DNA of 64,000 nt from Rhynchobatus australiae (Eukaryota), in contig JAUZTB010000066.1 of NCBI GenBank assembly GCA_034780895.1, positions 22,604,242 through 22,668,241 of the forward strand. Direction: 5' to 3'. This document shows, one piece after another, positions 37,636-49,494 of this stretch (position 1 is its first letter; every line of letters starts with the position of its first letter). The notes under the pieces are model-generated. The model worked only from the letters and a program-made list of their open reading frames with translations. It was not told the origin of the DNA and did not search any database. The position numbers and the translations under genes were made by a program.

Positions 37636-39854
37636 TCAATCAAAGAAGGTACGATGCTAAAACAGCAACAGATATTTTATTTGTTTCACCCTCAAAATGA
37701 AAAATCTTTCTTACGGGTTGACAGGTAATAGCTAAGTAAAAAAAATGGGGAAAGCAATATGGGAGATACCCAGTGATTGAATGTATTAATGCAATAAATT
37801 ATATCACAGGTCCAAAAAAAGTCAACTGTAGAGATACAATTGGAGATTCATAGTGGATCCACCCTGCTGCCTGAATTCATTGCCTGTGGCGGCCACACCG
37901 CTGCATCACCCTGATTGGGTACGGAGGGCTGACCTAGCTGACCCTGTGTACCTGAGAGCTACTCCGTGAGGTGGAGAGGGCTCCATGCAGTTGGGAGTCC
38001 TTCATATTGTGAAGTCCTTTCCCCAGATTGCTCTGAGAGCCTTTATTTTAACAGCTCAAGGTCATCGAGTTTGTCTAATCAGAGATTTTTAAAAACAGCT
38101 TAAATCTGTTTAACTAATTGAAAAATATAAAATAATTAATAAATGTAATTAAGAAGTTCTAGAACTTAATTAAAACATTAAAATAAAATAAAAAAAATAA
38201 TCAACATTTACTTACACTTTCCCCTTTGGCTGAGCATCCTACCTAGTGCAAGCAAAAGAAATCTTCCTGACCTAAATGTTGGTGTTTGTTTAAGTGAACA
38301 GTAAGAATCCAATTCAATGTTGAATCATTGATTTATTTCCTAGAAAGGTTACTATCTTGTTGGTCCCTCGGCTCAGTATGTTGGTGCTGTGGATGTGAGT
38401 GACTCCAGCAGTGGAGTGGAAGGTCAGGGGCACAGTAAAATGCACAGCTGCAAAAGAGAGAGAGAATTTAGACAAAGAGGAGGAACAAGGTGGCAGTTCT
38501 CAGTGGAACTGCTGGCAAGAGATGAATGAGCAAGATCTGGCTCAATGTCAATGTGGAAATGTTATCCATTTGCATGATAACAATGGAATTAGCTTTAAGC
38601 ACCAAACATAAATTTGTACAATGTGCATCTTTGATACCCTTGCAAAGAATCATCCTGGATTTGACTGCTTCTTTGGTGCATTCTTTTGCAGTACAAAGTA
38701 AAAGCAAACAAATAAAACTTGTACAATTATGCTACCCCTGCATAAGGAAAAGTGATCAAAGCATTATTTGTTCCATACTAAAAATCAAAGTGTTTAATCG
38801 ATAATTTACTACTTTAAGATATTTAATCCTTCAAGGCAGTTTTGGAAGGTTTCTAATGAGAAGACTGAAGTTGGTTTCATCTGTGCAATTTGAGGGACTG
38901 TGGCAGTGGTGGAACTCAGAGCACTGGTTCTTTGGAAACATCATTGTTTGCTTGTTCCAGCCCATCAACTTTGCAGACTCTCTCTCTGTGGAGAGTGATG
39001 AGGGTTGTTTACATGTTACCTGCTATTTTTATTTATAGTGGTAAGATAACTTTGTCTCTCCAGACAAGGGACTAAGGACCCCAGTGGTCACATTGGTGAA
39101 TAAACACATGTGCACTGGTGCCAGACCTCAGTGTCCCTGGAGATGAACTTTCCAATTTCTGAGATCTGCAGGCAGAATGGTGGCAAGCCCCATCTGTGTC
39201 AAAATGGCCTCCTTTGTTCTGTATAATCCACTGTTAATGCTGCTACCAATATTCCCCAGCTCTCCTTTAAACATCGTCAAAGGTGTAGAAAGATGTAAAA
39301 TTTATAACTTATCAAAAAGGTGCATGGCAGCTTGTTATATTTTGGAAAAAAAAGTGTGAAATAAACAGTTTGATTATGTGTTTCAACTTTGCAAATATCC
39401 AGCATTAATGAGATCATGGCTAACCTATGGTTGCCATCAGAAATGAGAGATTGAGCTTTGGTCTGGCAGCTGTTGTTTGNNNNNNNNNNNNNNNNNNNNN
39501 NNNNNNNNNNNNNNNNNNNNNNNNNNNNNNNNNNNNNNNNNNNNNNNNNNNNNNNNNNNNNNNNNNNNNNNNNNNNNNNGAGCCTACGTAGGTAATCTNN
39601 NNNNNNNNNNNNNNNNNNNNNNNNNNNNNNNNNNNNNNNNNNNNNNNNNNNNNNNNNNNNNNNNNNNNNNNNNNNNNNNNNNNNNNNNNNNNNNNNNNNN
39701 NNNNNNNNNNNNNNNNNNNNNNNNNNNNNNNNNNNNNNNNNNNNNNNNNNNNNNNNNNNNNNNCCACACAACAAGTAGTAGTTCCATCAGCTATCGGATA
39801 ATTTGGGATGTCATGTGATTTCAATGATCACAAATTGACTCCTCTTTCACCATG

Positions 39855-40280
39855 TGTGTCAGTTGTGCTTCTCACTTCTGAGTCGGACGGTTGTGAGCTG
39901 CAGTCCCACTTTGGAGGCTCGAGTGCAAAAGTCTTTGTCACACCTCCAGCATAGTACTGAGGGAATGCCACACTTTGAGAGATGTACCAAATTTTGGATG
40001 AGAATCTGAGGTCCCAACCTGTCTCTCCTGTGGACATTGTCGACCCCAATGCATGATTCTGGAAAAAAGCAGCGGAAGTAGCTCCAGTTTCTTGGTCTGT
40101 ATTACCTTTTAAACAAAATCATTAAAATACAGCTGATCAGGTCATCGTGGCATTGGTTAGTTGTGAGATCTTGCTGTGGACTGATTGACTGCCACTTTTG
40201 GTGCATCACTTCACTTCAGCATTACAATGTGCCACAAAGGAAGTGGAAGGTGCCATATAAATGCTAGTCTGTCTTCCTTT
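39855..40280 (+). mobile_element. DeuSINE/SacSINE1-like SINE, near full length
   Basis: ctctgagtcggacggttgtg, agtactgagggaatgc, ggatgagaatctgaggtccc, gatcttgctgtg..ttgactgcc and tail aaggtgccatataaatgctagtct. Confidence 0.7.
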
Positions 40281-41135
40281 CACTCAAAGAAGAAACATTC
40301 CAATGACCAAATGGGTGGGTTGAGAAACCATGCTCAGGATGGCTGTAATTATCACATTATAACTACAAGCTGCTCATGAGTGACCTGAATTAAGTGTTCT
40401 TCACTGTTGGTTTGCTTTAAGTGGAAACTGCTTTGACTGAGCTGGTGGATGACAGGTGCATGATAGTTCTGTATTGCTTTCATAATACAATGCTTGCCTA
40501 CCCTAATATATTGTCCCTACCATCCTTAGACAGCTGACGGTTGTATGTCAACACACAGAAATATAGACATCAAGAATTAAGCACTTGAGTCAAGCACACA
40601 AGCTGTTTTATCCAGTCCAGTATCTTAGAATGATATGATGCAGGAAGCCATTCTGCCTATTTGAGATAGTGCTTCCTCTTTGGTGAAGCTTGCCAATTAA
40701 TTCCACAGACCTATCCTTTCTCTGTAGCCCTCCCCTGTCAAGCATTAATCAGTTCTCATTTGAATGTGACTGTTGAATCCGTTTTTCCACCACCTTTTCA
40801 GAGAAGTTCCCTTCCTCATTCTTTTTGCCAAAATGTCTCTTGTGGCACATCTCTGCGCTACATCTCATTTGCCATCTAGCTATATCCTCTTGGAGTCTGA
40901 TGCTATCTTCTGCATTTCCATGTTCCGTGTCTCCTGTAGTCTAAAAGGTGCCCTGTCTGTCCAAGCTAAGGTCACCAGTATGTATCAAAAGGAACCAAAG
41001 CACAGTGGCATGGACTAGAATATCTGCTGTTTGAAGCTACCCTGAGTTTCTGTTGTCTCCTGCAGTTGTTAATGGTGCAAGGAACAGTGGTGGCTTCAAG
41101 TAACTTCAAGCATCCATTTACAGTCTTAGCAACTA

Positions 41136-41430
41136 CAGCATGGCACAGTGATGTCGCATTTGGTGCTGCTGCCTCACGTTGTTAGGGACCTTGGTTCGAT
41201 CCTTATCTTGGCCGCAGTCTGTACAAAGTTTGCACATTCTCCTTGTGACCATGTGATTTCCTCCCACATCCCAAAGATATGTTGGTAGTTTTTTGGTTAC
41301 AGATGTTCTTTAATGTAGGTAAGAGACAAAAAGAGTCAAAGGGCAGTTGATGAACACTTGAGAAAGAGTTGTAGGGAGATGAGGATGGGGGAATGGGACT
41401 GATGGGCTCTGCTGGGAGCTGGCTTGATGA
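41136..41430 (+). mobile_element. V-SINE (HE1/HER1-like) tRNA-derived SINE
   Basis: tggcacagtg..gctgctgcctcac..gggacc.tggttcgatcc (B box), then the V-domain gtctgt..agtttgcacattctcc.tgtgacc..tttcctcccacatcccaaaga. Confidence 0.8.
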
Positions 41431-42237
41431 ACTGTAAGTAACTTATTGAAGTTTTTTATTTACCAAGAAGCCATCACAATATGTCTGGGAATCATGGTGA
41501 CATCATTATGGCCAGTTTAGGGAAGGGGGATAATATTAAAAGTTCCATATACCAACCATTTCAGCAGCTTCCACTTAACACTGCATGCAAACATGAGCTG
41601 CATTATAGTGTTTAGTCACATAAATAATTTGACTGCATGTTACCTGTAGCACAAACATTCAGTTTATGGTAGGTGCTCAGGGTGTAACCTACACATGATT
41701 AAGACTTTCAGAACCATTTGTGAATCTGGCATTATGACGTCCTTGTTGACTCTCAGGATAAATTACATCTCATTGCTTATGATTGTGGTGCTCTTTAGTT
41801 GGTCTTTAGGGGTTGCTGAGGGCACTGCATTATGCTAAGTGTTAAATGCTAATTCACTCGTGCAGTATTGATTTCACTAGTTTTGCTCAAAGCCTGGTAA
41901 AAGGGCAGGTCGTACAAGAAATAGGAAAGAGCAGTGACACCTGGATAGAGAGTCTTCATGGCACATTGGAAAGGAAAAACAAAGTAGATAAATCAATAAA
42001 TCTGCTCAAATTGAAAATATTCCTTCAAAGGTGAAAGCTATAAAAGAAAAAATAGAGTTAACTTAGACGGCTTATAGGATGTCAAGGTAGTGAAAATAAA
42101 GTTTATTGCTGAAGGATAATATTTACAGGTTTTTTCCCTGTCATACTTAACACTCTAATATCATTGGATGATCAACTGGATATTTGTGTCATTCATAACA
42201 TTGTGTTTAAATAAGGATACTACATCTTCAAGGAGAT

Positions 42238-42258
42238 TGTGTGTGTGTGTGTGTGTGT
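42238..42258. repeat. (TG)n microsatellite
   Basis: About 10 TG units seen directly. Confidence 0.9.
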
Positions 42259-43684
42259 ATAGATATTTCTTTGTGATTGACGCTGTAAACTGCAAGGCCT
42301 ATTCATCTTTTTAAAATGCACCACTTCCAGCAGATCATTAGCTCAGATGGTGGAGTATTAGACTCTCATACAAGTTGGCTTTCTGAATCCTAGTCTTGGC
42401 TGCCCTCTGTGGTTAAGTTTAGCTTTGATGGCTCAGCGTTCAGGATGATTGCATCTTGGGGCTGAGGTTTGGAGTAAACAAATCCTTGTGCAGAGGCCTT
42501 TATCAAGCCCTTATGACATCCAAAATAAAGTACTTTTGATCCAAGGAGGACAGATGTTGGTGGAAGATGTAGCAAACAACCACCTGCCATTATATTGTGA
42601 CATAATGATTATGAAGCATCACTAAGCACGTAAGTAGAAACTTTAGGCATCTCCAAACAATTAGAGATTTTAAAGCAATTTATTATCAAAGGAAATATTA
42701 TTATGCTGTCTAATTGTGATACTCTAATGATTTTAGATCATGACATGGAGAGGCCAATCAGTTAACTACATTACCACTATGTGGTTACTTATTTACAGTA
42801 CAAACTGGCTAATTTATCATATGCTAACCTATGTGGAGCATTAACCATATTTGAATGAGTAACTGAGCAGATTTACTATGCCTAAAGATACGACCTTAAT
42901 TTTGTTTTTATGAATTATAATCTGTTTATGTGCCGCATAATGACATTTTGTATGGAGATAAGGATGTTGTCTCTTGCATTGACTTNNNNNNNNNNNNNNN
43001 NNNNNNNNNNNNNNNNNNNNNNNNNNNNNNNNNNNNNNNNNNNNNNNNNNNNNNNNNNNNNNNNNNNNNNNNNNNNNNNNNNNNNNNNNNNNNNNNNNNN
43101 NNNNNNNNNNNNNNNNNNNNNNNNNNNNNNNNNNNNNNNNNNNNNNNNNNNNNNNNNNNNNNNNNNNNNNNNNNNNNNNNNNNNNNNNNNNNNNNNNNNN
43201 NNNNNNNNNNNNNNNNNNNNNNNNNNNNNNNNNNNNNNNNNNNNNNNNNNNNNNNNNNNNNNNNNNNNNNNNNNNNNNNNNNNNNNNNNNNNNNNNNNNN
43301 NNNNNNNNNNNNNNNNNNNNNNNNNNNNNNNNNNNNNNNNNNNNNNNNNNNNNNNNNNNNNNNNNNNNNNNNNNNNNNNNNNNNNNNNNNNNNNNNNNNN
43401 NNNNNNNNNNNNNNNNNNNNNNNNNNNNNNAATCAAGAAGTTAAATGTACATTTTAAAATTATTTTTTGAAATATTATTTAGAATGCTATACATAGACAT
43501 ACTTAAAGTAGAAGCTAAAGGTGCATAATATTGTGGTTTTTGTTTTAATTCCATTGTATTTTGAAATAAAACATGGATATGAGAATATTTATGAGAAGAT
43601 ATTAAACGCACATAAAATTATTTCTTATCAGAGCAAGACATTTGATGAGTTGTGGTTAATCAAAAACTCACTTAGATCTCTTGT

Positions 43685-44550
43685 GGAAGCCTATCCAACA
43701 CCTTTTACAATTGCAAATAAAACTTCCCTATTTTTAAGCTCCAACCCTTTGCAAGGCCAAAATGCGGTTTGCTTCTTAACTGCCTGCCTTCTCGCATTTT
43801 TTTTGATTTATGTCCTAGAACACCTAGATCCCTCTGTATTTCACTCACTTGTCATCTCTCTTCATTTAGAAAATAATCTGCCTTTTGATTTCTCTTACTG
43901 AAGTGCATGACCTCACATTCCCCACGTAAAACTCCACTTGCCAGTCTTTTGCCCACTCACTCAATCTATCTATATTCCCTTGGATAATCGCAGTATCTTT
44001 ATAAGTACATGACCTTCCACCTAGTTTCTTATCATTGGCAAATTTGGAAATCTTGCATACTGTTCCTCCTTCTTTTAATTTATGCACCAGCCTCCTATGT
44101 AGCACCTTATCAAATGTCATTTGGAAATCTAAATACACTATCTATACATCATCTATAGGTTCCCCTCTTTCAACTATCCCCATTACATTTTCAAAGAGTT
44201 CGAGCAAGTTTGTCAAACATGATATACTTCTTATGAAGTGTTGACAAGGTTTAATTATATTCAGCTTTCCTATATGATTAGCTATTTCCTCTTTGATTAT
44301 TGATTCCAGCATCTTGCCAGTAATCGCTGTTAAACTAACCCGCCTGTTGTTCTCTGTCTCCTGTCTATTCTCCTTTTTTGAACAAGGGAGTCATGTTGGT
44401 GGTTTTCCAATTTTCTGGTACCATCCCAGAGTTTAGCAAGTTATGAAAGTTTTCAACCAACATGTCCACTCTCTCTGCAGCCACTTCTTTTAAAATCCTA
44501 GTGTGCAGACCAGTGGGTCCTGGTGACTTGTCTGTCTTTCTCTGATAATT
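43685..44550 (-). mobile_element. CR1 LINE RT fragment with internal deletion
   Basis: Minus frames give DKSPGPTGLHTRILKEVA..GMVPENWKTTNMTPLFKKG and YLDFQMTFDKVLHRRLVHKL joined directly to CKISKFANDKKLGG..LSEWAKDWQVEF, so the segment between them is missing. Confidence 0.9.
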
Positions 44551-44601
44551 TATATTGGAGAAAGACAATAATTCTCCAATATATACATCAAAAATATGCT
44601 G

Positions 44602-44691
44602 GAAGGCAGGCAGTTAAGAAGCAAACCGCATTTTGGCCTTTGTTGCAAAGGGTTGGAACTTAAAAATAGGGAAGTTTTTTTTTGCAATTGT
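44602..44691 (+). repeat. Inverted duplicate of 43706-43791 (CR1-derived)
   Basis: The first 37 nt are identical to the reverse complement of the left arm. The rest differs by one 4-nt indel and about 3 small changes. Confidence 0.9.
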
Positions 44692-45278
44692 TAAAAAAAA
44701 ACCTTCTAATTGGGGTTTTTGTAAGTTCTCCCACATTATTTGAAATTTGCCTGTCTGATATCTTANNNNNNNNNNNNNNNNNNNNNNNNNNNNNNNNNNN
44801 NNNNNNNNNNNNNNNNNNNNNNNNNNNNNNNNNNNNNNNNNNNNNNNNNNNNNNNNNNNNNNNNNTAAATAATTAAAAAGAAAAGTGCATGATAAATAAT
44901 TAAACAAATTGCAACTTTTCCTCAGAGACATGAAATCTCTATTCAACTGAATAGGATCACTGACCTTGTGCCAGGTTTAACTTGGTACAAGATCTGTGAA
45001 CAGATTGTCCTATTGCAAATGCAGGGAAATTCCAGCAAGTTTGTGCTGCACAGCTGGAGTTCTGAATGAAACAGCAGAGCATTGTGACAGATTTACTGAC
45101 AGGAATCTGTCAGGGAGTTCAGGATGTTTGGATGCACCTAGGACAAATATACTCATGTCTCTACAGGTAAGTGCTGGCAGTTTGCTGTGGAACTGCCAGC
45201 AAAATCTTTACTTTTCCTTTAAATTGGAGTACTTTTGAAATTGGGTTTCATCTTTTTTAGTGTGCCGCTACATTGTTG

Positions 45279-45470
45279 GAAGTAGAAATAAAAACAGAAA
45301 ATGTTGGAAAAATTCAGCGGGTCAGGCAGCAATGTGGAAAGAGCATTGGTCAACATTTCAGGTCTGTGGCCTTTTGTCAGTACAAGAGGAATGCAACTTA
45401 GTTTTCAATAGGAGAGAAGGTGAGGGAGGAACGTGCCAAATGAAGGGAATGGCTGTGATACGGTGAGCTA
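45279..45470 (-). mobile_element. PLE terminal repeat, degraded
   Basis: aaataaaaacagaaaatgttggaaaaattcagcgggtcaggcagca.tgtgga...aacatttcaggtc...ttttgtcag (decayed hammerhead core). Confidence 0.7.
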
Positions 45471-46317
45471 AAATGGTTTAATTTGAGCATTTACCAACAT
45501 ATGAAGCTTCTTCATCTATGTAATGCGTTGTTAATGGTCAGCCTCTAGAACTGCCTAACAGGCTAAACTATAAGTGTTGGNNNNNNNNNNNNNNNNNNNN
45601 NNNNNNNNNNNNNNNNNNNNNNNNNNNNNNNNNNNNNNNNNNNNNNNNNNNNNNNNNNNNNNNNNNNNNNNNNNNNNNNNAGCTTCATATTTAAAGAGAG
45701 GAGACTTCATTTCTTCTTTGACCAGAAAGCGTTAAGTTTTTGGACATATGCAGCTTTTTCCAGATTGTGGGCCATCCAAATGTATCAACTCGACACACAA
45801 ATCTTCAGCAAAAAGGAATTGCTATCTCTCATTAAACGTGAATGTGGTCACTGTTATGCATTCTGGAAGCTTGCTTGACTCATTCATCCTGAAGCAGTCC
45901 ATTGAACCTGCCATATTTTAGCTGTTGTGCTGGAAGGGGTAATGTCTTTTGAGGACAAATGCTATCCCATCTGTCTTCCCACTGTCACTGAACTAGGAAA
46001 AGCATTGTAGAAACTGCTTTTGGAGTACTCAGTATCCACTCTGCTGCCTTGATTACCCTGAGGTCATCTTATATAGTCTGCTTTCTTCACAGTATAATAT
46101 TATGAGAGCACAATCCTTGTCTGCCATGCAGTAGAAGGACGAGGAAGAGCAAATAGGGGAGGAAGATGATAGCAAGTGGCAATGATAAGGGTTTCTCTCT
46201 GGATATGCTGTCATACCAAGCCTTGTAACTCTGAGGCAAACATGCAAATGCCATTTCATAAATAACGGTGCATTTCATTGCTAAACTTGTGATGCTAAAA
46301 GGCAAGTTAACGTTGCA

Positions 46318-46510
46318 CTAAAATAAAAAATGGGAAATGCTGGAAATGCTCTGAGTCAGGCGACACCTGTGGGAAGAGAAACAGAGTTAATGTTTCAGTT
46401 CTGCAAGCCTTGGTCAGAACTGAGCAAAAGAGAGACACAAGTTAATTATCAGTGGTAGAGATGGTGGGGGAGAGGTATGTAGAACGAAGGGAATGTTTCT
46501 GATCGGGCAA
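46318..46510 (-). mobile_element. PLE terminal repeat, degraded
   Basis: aaatgctggaaatgctc..gtcaggc.acacctgtgg.aagagaaacagagttaatgtttcag...gtcagaactg. Confidence 0.7.
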
Positions 46511-46651
46511 GTCAAAATGGTTTACTGGCGACATTTACCAGCAGATCAAGCTTCTTGGTCTGTGTAAAGTGTTTGTGTTGATGTTAGGGTGGTGGGACTT
46601 GCCCGGCAGGCCAGACTTGTATGAGTAGAAGTAAGAAAAACTGAGCCATAT

Positions 46652-47090
46652 GAAGTAAAAACAAAAAATGGAAAAACTCAGCAGGACAGATAGAATCTGT
46701 GGAAAGAAAAATGGTTAATGTTTCAGTTGAGAGATCCTTCATCAGACCTGAGAAATAGAGAAACAAGTTAGTCGAGGTGGCAACAGAGTGGAGGAGGGTG
46801 ATGGGTGGAACAAAAGAAGGTCCTCTGGTCATGTGACAGATGGGATTCAGATTAAGCTACTGTGGCTGTGTAATTTGTTGCTAATTTGGTTCTGACCTAC
46901 TGGGACATGCCCAGCAAAAGCTAGGCTAAACACAGAGGAAAAGCAAAAAAGACAGCAGGTAAAAATGGTTCTTGCGCAGACAGGAAAAAAAGAGCATGTT
47001 ATCTAAAGTTGGAGAAGTCGATATTGAGCCCAGCCCAGACAGAAGATAAGGTGGTGTTCCTCAAGTTTGCTTTGGGTCTCATTGTAAGCA
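46652..47090 (-). mobile_element. Penelope-like retroelement 3' relic: GIY-YIG ORF C-terminus, 3' UTR and hammerhead-bearing terminus
   Basis: Minus strand 47090-46999 reads AYNETQSKLEEHHLIFCLG/GLNIDFSNFR*, matching the PLE ORF end (R.LEE.HLIFRLGTL.P.G.N..F..F). The core ggtCTGATGAaggatctctcaactGAAAcattaacc is at 46748-46713. Confidence 0.82.
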
Positions 47091-47402
47091 ATACTGGAGC
47101 TAATTCAGGTTCCACTGAATTAGTGATTCTTTGAGAGTTTGAAATGTTAATGAAAGAGATGCATGGCTGGAAGGAGAACTCATATACAACACAGCTAGAT
47201 ATCGCAAGTTATCCTCAACAATGTACAAGCTGCCCTTTAGTGGTGTCACTTACTCACCCAGACAGATACACACATAAGCATACATACTCACAGAAGACTC
47301 CCTTCCACCATTCATTTACCCCCACTCACCCTACTGTCCCCATCCCTACCCTCTGCCTCCCACACAGACTCATTGATATTTCCCCTTAATTTCCCCCACG
47401 GG

Positions 47403-47422
47403 CACACACACACACACACACA
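47403..47422. repeat. (CA)n microsatellite
   Basis: About 10 CA units seen directly. Confidence 0.9.
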
Positions 47423-48689
47423 AGCAACCCTCTACAAACAGATCACCTGTAAATGTATAATTAAAAGGTTATTTGCCCTGGAGCCTTCTCTTCTGCAGAA
47501 GCTGCCAGGAAAAGGAGGGAAGCTACCAAGACTTGATTGGGACTGGGGGTGAATCTCTCAAGCACAGCCTCCCACTCGGCGAAAGGAGAAAACTCTCCTC
47601 CTCCTCATGGGAAGAGGAACCAGTGAATTCCTCAGGAGTTAAATTTTTGAAAAAAAACACTCTTCACTAGTTTGAACATAGTCTATATATCATATTGAGT
47701 TTTGGAGCCAATTTGTGAATAGTACCATCACGAAATGAGAGGCTCCTCATATAATACCAAACTGTAGAGGGGTTGTGCTCTTTGTTTTATTGTGAGTGCC
47801 AGCTGCTGGTTATTTTGTGGGCTTGGGGGCTCCAGTTTTCATCAGGAAGCCTTCAATCACTGTGCACTGCAAGTTACATCTTTAGTTGCATATGCGACGT
47901 GATAAAATAAGACAGTGTACTGTGGACGCCAACAAGAAATTCCTATTCAATCTCATGATTGAAGTAATTTTTGCCTTAAGCAATTAGCTCCAGGTTACAT
48001 TGATTCTGCATTGTGCAGTACTGAAGAAAATGGTGCTTTGTGATCTAAGTTCAAGGCATAAAAGTTCTGTTTATTGCAAAGTCTTGCCGAAACTCATCAG
48101 GGTGAGATCTGTGAGTGAATGAATAGGATCTGCTAAACTATATTTAATGAATTTGGGCTGTGCCTGTTCAACTTTGGATGCACCTGTTTGACTCTTAGCA
48201 ATGAATGAATGTGATTGCCTCCTTATTTTGTTGCCTGCAGGAGCGACCTTGAATCATTTGTTGGATGCATTGGTGACAGAGAGTGACTTAATATGTTTTG
48301 ACTATTTATCCTGTTCTGGTTTGTGATGTACATTAATTACCTATACTTTATTGTGGCTGTAAAATCCAACTTATTGGTTATAAAAGCTGTGTACAGGATA
48401 TTTACATTGGCCGTTAACATTTTCAAATTGCTTCAGTGCATAAATCACATCCTCAGTTTTGCAGCTCATTAAATCTGCATTAATTCCTCATTCCTCACAC
48501 TGGATTTGACAAAATGTGCCCACATATATCAGCAGTTCAGAAAAAGTGGGCCTGTTTCATTGATTGCCTAGTGGTGAGAATACATCTGAACTTATTTAGT
48601 TTGGATGCAATTGAATCTGATCTCTCTCTGATCTTATGATGGTTTACATCCAAAGCCATTGCAAACTGCTGCACAAAAATCAAACTTGC

Positions 48690-49275
48690 AACCCAGGATA
48701 TGCCAAACTGTTGGAGGTGCCATCTTTCATTAAGCCGAGGCTCACTTTGCACACTCAGGTAAATGTAAAAGATCCCATGTTACTATTCTGAAGAAAATCA
48801 GTGGATTTATCTTTTGTGTCCTGGGCAATATTTATCCTTCATTCCCCATTATTAATAAATGCATTATTAATTACCTTAGGGGTGTTGGCTATTCAGGTCA
48901 AATATAAGAAGAAATTTCTTCACCTAGAGGGAGGGAATCTTTGGAATTCACTACCCAAGGGCGTGTGGAGGTTCTCAATATATTCAGAAGCATGATGGAT
49001 ACATTTTTAGATGTTAAAGACATGAGTGCAGGAAAGTGGTGCTGAAGTAACAATCAGCGATTATATTATTGATTGTCAGAGCTGGCATGAAGGGCTGAAT
49101 GGTCTTCTCCTGCTTTGGTTTCTTATGTTCTTATATTTGCATCATTATTTTTGGAAGGCTGCCGTGTGCAAATTGGCTGCCTCATATCTTGTGTAATAAT
49201 GGTGATTACATCTCAGAAGTATTTCATCGAAAGTGGTTTGAGAGATCCTGAGAGTGGTCTGATATTAACACAGGT
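48690..49275 (+). mobile_element. DeuSINE-like SINE interrupted by a CR1 3' end
   Basis: Deu-like core ggaggtgccatcttt..taagccgagg..ctcaggt..atgtaaaagatcccatg.tactatt.tgaagaa..gtgtcctgggcaatatttatcc. It resumes at ~49135 with gctgccgtgtgcaaattggctgcc..cagaagtatttcat. Confidence 0.75.
48880..49133 (+). mobile_element. CR1 LINE 3' end nested in the SINE
   Basis: aagaagaaatttcttcacctagaggg..gaatctttggaattcactaccc (FF..R..NLWNSLP), with tail gaagggctgaatgg..tcctgct..tttcttatgttcttat. Confidence 0.82.
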
Positions 49276-49397
49276 TTCTCTATGTAAACACTAAAATGGC
49301 TTCCTTTAAATCTGGTTATCCAAACTTGGGAGCCAATTGAATTTATGAGCTTGTTCCAAAGGCATTGTTGTGATGAGATAGTGAAATGTATAGAAAT

Positions 49398-49494
49398 GGA
49401 GACACAAGAGACTGCAGATGCTGGAATGTGGAGCAATACCAGAATGCTGAAGGAAGACAGTGGGTAAACCAGCATCTGTGGAGGGTATTGGTTT
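49398..49494 (-). mobile_element. PLE terminal repeat running into an assembly gap
   Basis: ggagacacaagagactgcagatgctggaat.tggagcaa..tgctgaagga..cag..ggt.a.ccagcatctgtggaggg has the same start as the copies at 30462 and 51616. Confidence 0.75.

Noticed and set aside
46242-46249. Octamer ATGCAAAT
   Set aside because: A single 8-mer is expected by chance in 64 kb of AT-rich DNA, and there is no snRNA or Ig promoter context.
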